A stretch of DNA of 29,559 bases from Nitrospirota bacterium (GTDB taxonomy: Bacteria; Nitrospirota; Thermodesulfovibrionia; Thermodesulfovibrionales; UBA6898), in contig JAYWMP010000141.1 in assembly GCA_035873255.1 (NCBI GenBank), positions 1-29,559 on the forward strand, in the 5' to 3' direction. Shown in pieces: positions 26,240 through 29,559 of this stretch (the stretch's first letter is position 1; each line of letters begins with the position of its first letter). The notes beneath the pieces were generated by a model. That model was not told the origin of the DNA. It saw nothing but the letters and a program-made list of their open reading frames with translations, and did no database searches. A program made the translations under genes and the position numbers.

Positions 26240-27114
26240 CAGTACCTTAACCGTCCCAGTGCTATTGCGGCGCCCGTTATTCCAAGGAGGATTCCGACCA
26301 GAGGAAGTGAAAGGAAAATATTTTCGGGAATGACCACGGATTTGAACATAGGGACCTTGTCGGCCAACCTGAAAAAAACAATATAGCTGAACAGGTATAT
26401 TCCGATAAGGCTGAGTGCGCCGCCGCTGCCGCCGATAAAGGCGCCCTCAATAAGAAACGGCGTCCTGATGAAGCCTTTGCTGGCGCCGAGAAGTTTGAAG
26501 GTTTCGATCTCCTCTTTTCGTCTGTAAAAGAGTATCTTGACCGTGCTGTAACAGACGAATACAATACCCACCGACATGATGATTATGAATATCGTCCCCA
26601 GTGTCTGCAACCCGATTTTCAGGTAGTAAATGGTTGACAGGAATTTTTCACCATAGTTGATTTCAGTGATACCGTCAATTCTGGCGGCCTTCTCTGAAAA
26701 AGTTCTTACGACGTTGGGATCCACTGCATCTCTTCTGAGTTTTATTTCGAGAGAATCGGGCAGAGGATTTTCATCCAGCCCCTCAAATATGAAATCCGAG
26801 TCCTTTAAGGTTGATTTCAGCTCTTTAAGCGCCGCCTCTTTGGAAATATATCGTATTGAATTAACCTCTTTGTTCTTTTTGAGAGAATTAACAATCTGGT
26901 TGATCTCGTTCCGGTTCAGGCTGTTATCGAGGTATACAATCATGGAAAACTTGTCCGGAAGTTTCTTTGCGACGACGTCAAGGTTGTATACCGGAATAAA
27001 AGAGAGGCAGACAATAAAAAGTCCGGCGGCAATAGTGAGGATCGACAGCAGGTTAATCCATATTTCGCCGAAAAGTCTCTGTAATGAGAGTCTGAGGGAA
27101 TAAGGTACTGTCAT
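26239..27114 (-). CDS. ftsX: Cell division permease FtsX
   Basis: Four-TM FtsX layout, YISKEAAL, NPLPDSLEI, EIETFKLLGAS, PFLIEG. 1-nt overlaps with ftsE and envC. Confidence 0.9.
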   Translation of the reverse strand: MTVPYSLRLSLQRLFGEIWINLLSILTIAAGLFIVCLSFIPVYNLDVVAKKLPDKFSMIVYLDNSLNRNEINQIVNSLKKNKEVNSIRYISKEAALKELKSTLKDSDFIFEGLDENPLPDSLEIKLRRDAVDPNVVRTFSEKAARIDGITEINYGEKFLSTIYYLKIGLQTLGTIFIIIMSVGIVFVCYSTVKILFYRRKEEIETFKLLGASKGFIRTPFLIEGAFIGGSGGALSLIGIYLFSYIVFFRLADKVPMFKSVVIPENIFLSLPLVGILLGITGAAIALGRLRY

Positions 27115-27776
27115 TATTCGGCTTCCTCTCCAACAAGGTTGCCGGAGTCAAGCCGGAGGACCCTCCTGCCGGTATTTTTAAAGAGTTCCCTGTTGTGTGT
27201 TGCGATGAGGACTGTCGTTCCTTTTGCGTTTATTTCGTTGAAAATTCTCATTATTCCCGCTGCGGTGTCTACATCGAGGTTACCGGTCGGCTCGTCCGCA
27301 AGCAGGAGGATCGGTTCGGCGACTATCGCTCTCGCAATGACAACCCTCTGCTGTTCTCCTCCGGAAAGGGCTTCAGGCACGGAGTCTGATTTATGCCTGA
27401 GATTGACTGTCTTAAGGGAATGATAGACCTTTGTCCTTATGTCCTTCTCGTTCATGTTTCTTATCCTGAGCGCAAGTGCAACGTTTTCAAAGACATTCCT
27501 GTTATTAAGAAGCCTGAAATCCTGAAAAACAATCCCGACATTGCGCCTGAGCAAAGGGATGCCGGATTCTTTTAACTTCTCTGTTTCCCATCCCGCCACG
27601 GAGATCTCTCCCTTGTCCGGTTTTTCCGCAAGATATATTAATTTCAGCAGAGTGGTTTTGCCGGACCCGCTGGTGCCCGTAACAAAGACCATTTCACCCT
27701 TAACTATCGAAAAAGTGATGTTCCGTAACGCAGTTTGATTGTTGTACTCTTTTGTAACATCAAAAAATTCTATCAT
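27114..27776 (-). CDS. ftsE: Cell division ATP-binding protein FtsE
   Basis: Walker A GTSGSGKT, IVFQDFRLL, LSGGEQQRV, ADEPTGNLD. Confidence 0.94.
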   Translation of the reverse strand: MIEFFDVTKEYNNQTALRNITFSIVKGEMVFVTGTSGSGKTTLLKLIYLAEKPDKGEISVAGWETEKLKESGIPLLRRNVGIVFQDFRLLNNRNVFENVALALRIRNMNEKDIRTKVYHSLKTVNLRHKSDSVPEALSGGEQQRVVIARAIVAEPILLLADEPTGNLDVDTAAGIMRIFNEINAKGTTVLIATHNRELFKNTGRRVLRLDSGNLVGEEAE

Positions 27777-27792
27777 TTCGATAATGTCCAGG

Positions 27793-28185
27793 TTAACCGT
27801 CCTGCTTTATTATATAGTCGATAAGTATGTCGTCAAGACTTTTGGAGCGCCGGCTTTCAGCCCTGGATTTCTCCCCGGTCGCCGGTTGTTCCAATTCTGA
27901 ATCCTCATCCCGGTCAGCCGCCGCCGGCTCAGCCCCCGGTGTATGTTTTCCGGAAAGAAGCTCTTTTATCATGTCCCTGTGCTGCCCTTTCATTATCTCA
28001 CGCACCTTATCTTTAAAATCGGGGCGGGAGGCGTAATGTTCATAGCTTAATTTTTTTGAGGACAGAATAGTGCCTTTTAAAAAAAGCAGCGTAACTATAA
28101 CGGGTTTCTTTAATCCTTTATCCTCTGTCTGGATATGATATACATCCCCTTTATAGGTCACATTTGTATTATAGCCAACAAGCAT
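27793..28185 (-). CDS. Hypothetical protein
   Basis: 130 aa. Beta-rich N-terminal domain (GYNTNVTYKGDVYHIQTED), low-complexity linker and KSLDDILIDY tail; lies 16 nt upstream of ftsE on the same strand. Confidence 0.7.
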   Translation of the reverse strand: MLVGYNTNVTYKGDVYHIQTEDKGLKKPVIVTLLFLKGTILSSKKLSYEHYASRPDFKDKVREIMKGQHRDMIKELLSGKHTPGAEPAAADRDEDSELEQPATGEKSRAESRRSKSLDDILIDYIIKQDG

Positions 28186-28288
28186 CGGTATTTATGTATC
28201 AAAAACTCTTACGGTCTATTATAGATAGTGTTTTTTATAAATGCAATGCATGGCGGGGCACTGATCCAGGCAGGGTGGCAATGATTTT

Positions 28289-28564
28289 TCAGAATACTCC
28301 CACCACCTTTTCTTCATTTATCATCAGGTCCACAAGACCGTCATAGTCCAGTTCCCTGATCCCCTTATCGATAGAACCTATTCCCCTGAGTTTCATGTCT
28401 TCATTTAGCACGTACGCGGTTCCGCAAAAGCCGTTAAGCCTCCCGGTCATGGCAAAACAGACAGCATTCTGTATAAGGCAGATATCCGCAGCCATATCTC
28501 CGGCAAGTTTGACGGCCCTTTTCCCTTCAGGTGTGTCAGGGGCGCTTTTTACAATCACCAGCAT
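28289..28564 (-). CDS. DsrH/TusB-like sulfur relay subunit
   Basis: 91 aa, LIQNAV, YVLNEDMKLRGI, LDYDGLVDLM motifs. SD GGAGG. Confidence 0.82.
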   Translation of the reverse strand: MLVIVKSAPDTPEGKRAVKLAGDMAADICLIQNAVCFAMTGRLNGFCGTAYVLNEDMKLRGIGSIDKGIRELDYDGLVDLMINEEKVVGVF

Positions 28565-28677
28565 ATCGGTTTAACCTCCACCCTGAAATATAGAACTGAA
28601 TTTTATTTATCTAAAAAAGCAACGCATAATTAAAAGATGCATTTCGAGGGTTAATTTTACCATCCGGAAACCGGACT

Positions 28678-29031
28678 TCAGAAAATCATGACCAGCCCCG
28701 GTTCCCTGATTATTTCAGCGATCCCGTCGCCGCCCGTAACAATAATACCTTCTATAATGTCATCGGGTTCCAAATGTTCTTCCTTCAGTGACATCCTGTC
28801 CGCATAGACCTCAACACCCATATCAATACAGTCTGTGATCCCTTCTTCGGCGCTCAGATATTCGGTGCCGGATGTATCCTGTCTTTTGCGCGCCGCATGC
28901 ACGCCTCCATCCAGAAGGACCAGTTTTACCGACATATCATCCGTGATGCCGCCGAGGGCGTGACGGATGGCCTCGGGCGCGTCCACAGTGCCGTAAGGCG
29001 GTCTTCTTAAGATTATAGTCACACTTTCCAT
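28678..29031 (-). CDS. DsrF/TusC-like sulfur relay subunit
   Basis: MESVTIILRRPPYG...EAIR...LVLLDGGV...VYADRMSL...VMIF. ATG at 29031 follows SD GGAGGG. Confidence 0.82.
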   Translation of the reverse strand: MESVTIILRRPPYGTVDAPEAIRHALGGITDDMSVKLVLLDGGVHAARKRQDTSGTEYLSAEEGITDCIDMGVEVYADRMSLKEEHLEPDDIIEGIIVTGGDGIAEIIREPGLVMIF

Positions 29032-29041
29032 GGTCCCTCCA

Positions 29042-29386
29042 CTAAACACCAAAATTAAGGAAGACAGGGTCTGTCCTGATTACATTGAACAGACCTTTCA
29101 GAGAACTCATGTCACCGCCTTCAATAGAATCTTCAGCCGCAAGACCGCGGGTCTGTATGCAGCCGGTTCATATGTCCACCTTAAGCCCTCTGCCGACAAG
29201 ATCGCTCAACGCGGAAAGCGCCTGGGGGAGTTGTCCCTTAACAATAGAGAAGACACCGTCTCCCGACGCGATAAGTCTGACCTTGTGTCCTTTATTCAGC
29301 GCCGCATCAGCAAGTTTTATAATCGTATGAGTATTTTCGAAACTATAGGGTGTGGTAGAGAGAAACATCACTAGCTCTTTTTGCAT
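29042..29386 (-). CDS. DsrE/TusD-like protein, probable selenoprotein (Sec at in-frame TGA 29170-29168), 114 aa
   Basis: ATG at 29386 after SD AGGAGGGT. STTPYSFEN and ASGDGV DsrE motifs. Reading through TGA gives VDI-U-TGCIQTRGLAAEDSIEGGDMSSLKGLFNVIRTDPVFLNFGV-TAG. Confidence 0.88.
29134..29165 (-). promoter_or_regulatory. Bacterial SECIS-like hairpin
   Basis: mRNA after UGA: AC-CGGCUGCA-UAC-AGACC-CGC-GGUCU-UGCGGCUG. This gives an 8-bp lower stem (2 G-U), 3-nt bulge, 5-bp upper stem and a loop with G in second position, 18 nt after UGA. Confidence 0.78.
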
Positions 29387-29486
29387 TTTCACCCTCCTGA
29401 AATTTAGAACAATATGGTTATATTCTATCATAATTGCTTTTACAGGGATACAGTATGCGGAGCTTTTCCGGCAAATCCCCCCGGAA

Positions 29487-29515
29487 TTGACCTGGATGCT
29501 ACTTTGCGCTATGCT
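29487..29515 (+). promoter_or_regulatory. Candidate sigma70 promoter pointing out of the window
   Basis: TTGACC (29487-29492), 17-nt spacer, TATGCT (29510-29515). Divergent from the dsrE-like gene. Confidence 0.4.
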
Positions 29516-29559
29516 ATAACTATAATTGTCAAGTTAAATGCAGAGATATTATTCCTTAG

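Noticed and set aside
252-29374. Numerous antisense and alternate-frame ORFs in the track (e.g. 10599-11351, 15631-16398, 6189-6899, 13304-13831, 29030-29374)
   Set aside because: They overlap well-supported genes, lack recognisable motifs and RBS, and are best read as shadow ORFs.
29168-29431. ORF-track 87-aa protein treated as a complete gene or pseudogene
   Set aside because: The better start is ATG 29386 (strong SD), and the TGA is best explained as Sec because the downstream frame, the SECIS-like hairpin and the next gene's SD all fit.

Overview
Bacterial chromosomal window, most likely from a magnetotactic Nitrospirota (Thermodesulfovibrionia-type) or related Desulfobacterota-like lineage; this taxonomy is inferred from gene order only. 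Positions ~1200-16594 hold a compact, single-strand magnetosome gene cluster: an unnamed coiled-coil gene, mamK, a MamL/Man2-like gene, mad10-like, a small membrane gene, mamP, mamM, an EcsC-like gene, a second mamQ, mamB, mamA, mamI, mamE, mamQ, mamO-Cter, mad23, feoB and a DtxR/FeoA gene. It lies between housekeeping genes htpX and uvrC with no mobility genes visible. The right half is mostly housekeeping (uvrC, PfkB kinase, phosphotransferase, DUF502, 3'-5' exonuclease, ctpA, envC, ftsX, ftsE). Two signals are missed by the ORF track. (1) A DsrE/TusD-like gene has an in-frame TGA exactly at the catalytic Cys position, followed by a SECIS-like hairpin, so it is very likely a selenoprotein heading a dsrEFH/tusDCB-like trio. 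(2) One protein fuses three MshEN c-di-GMP-binding domains to an internal signal-peptide-like segment and a pilin-like beta domain. All family calls come from motif recognition by eye; no database searches were run.
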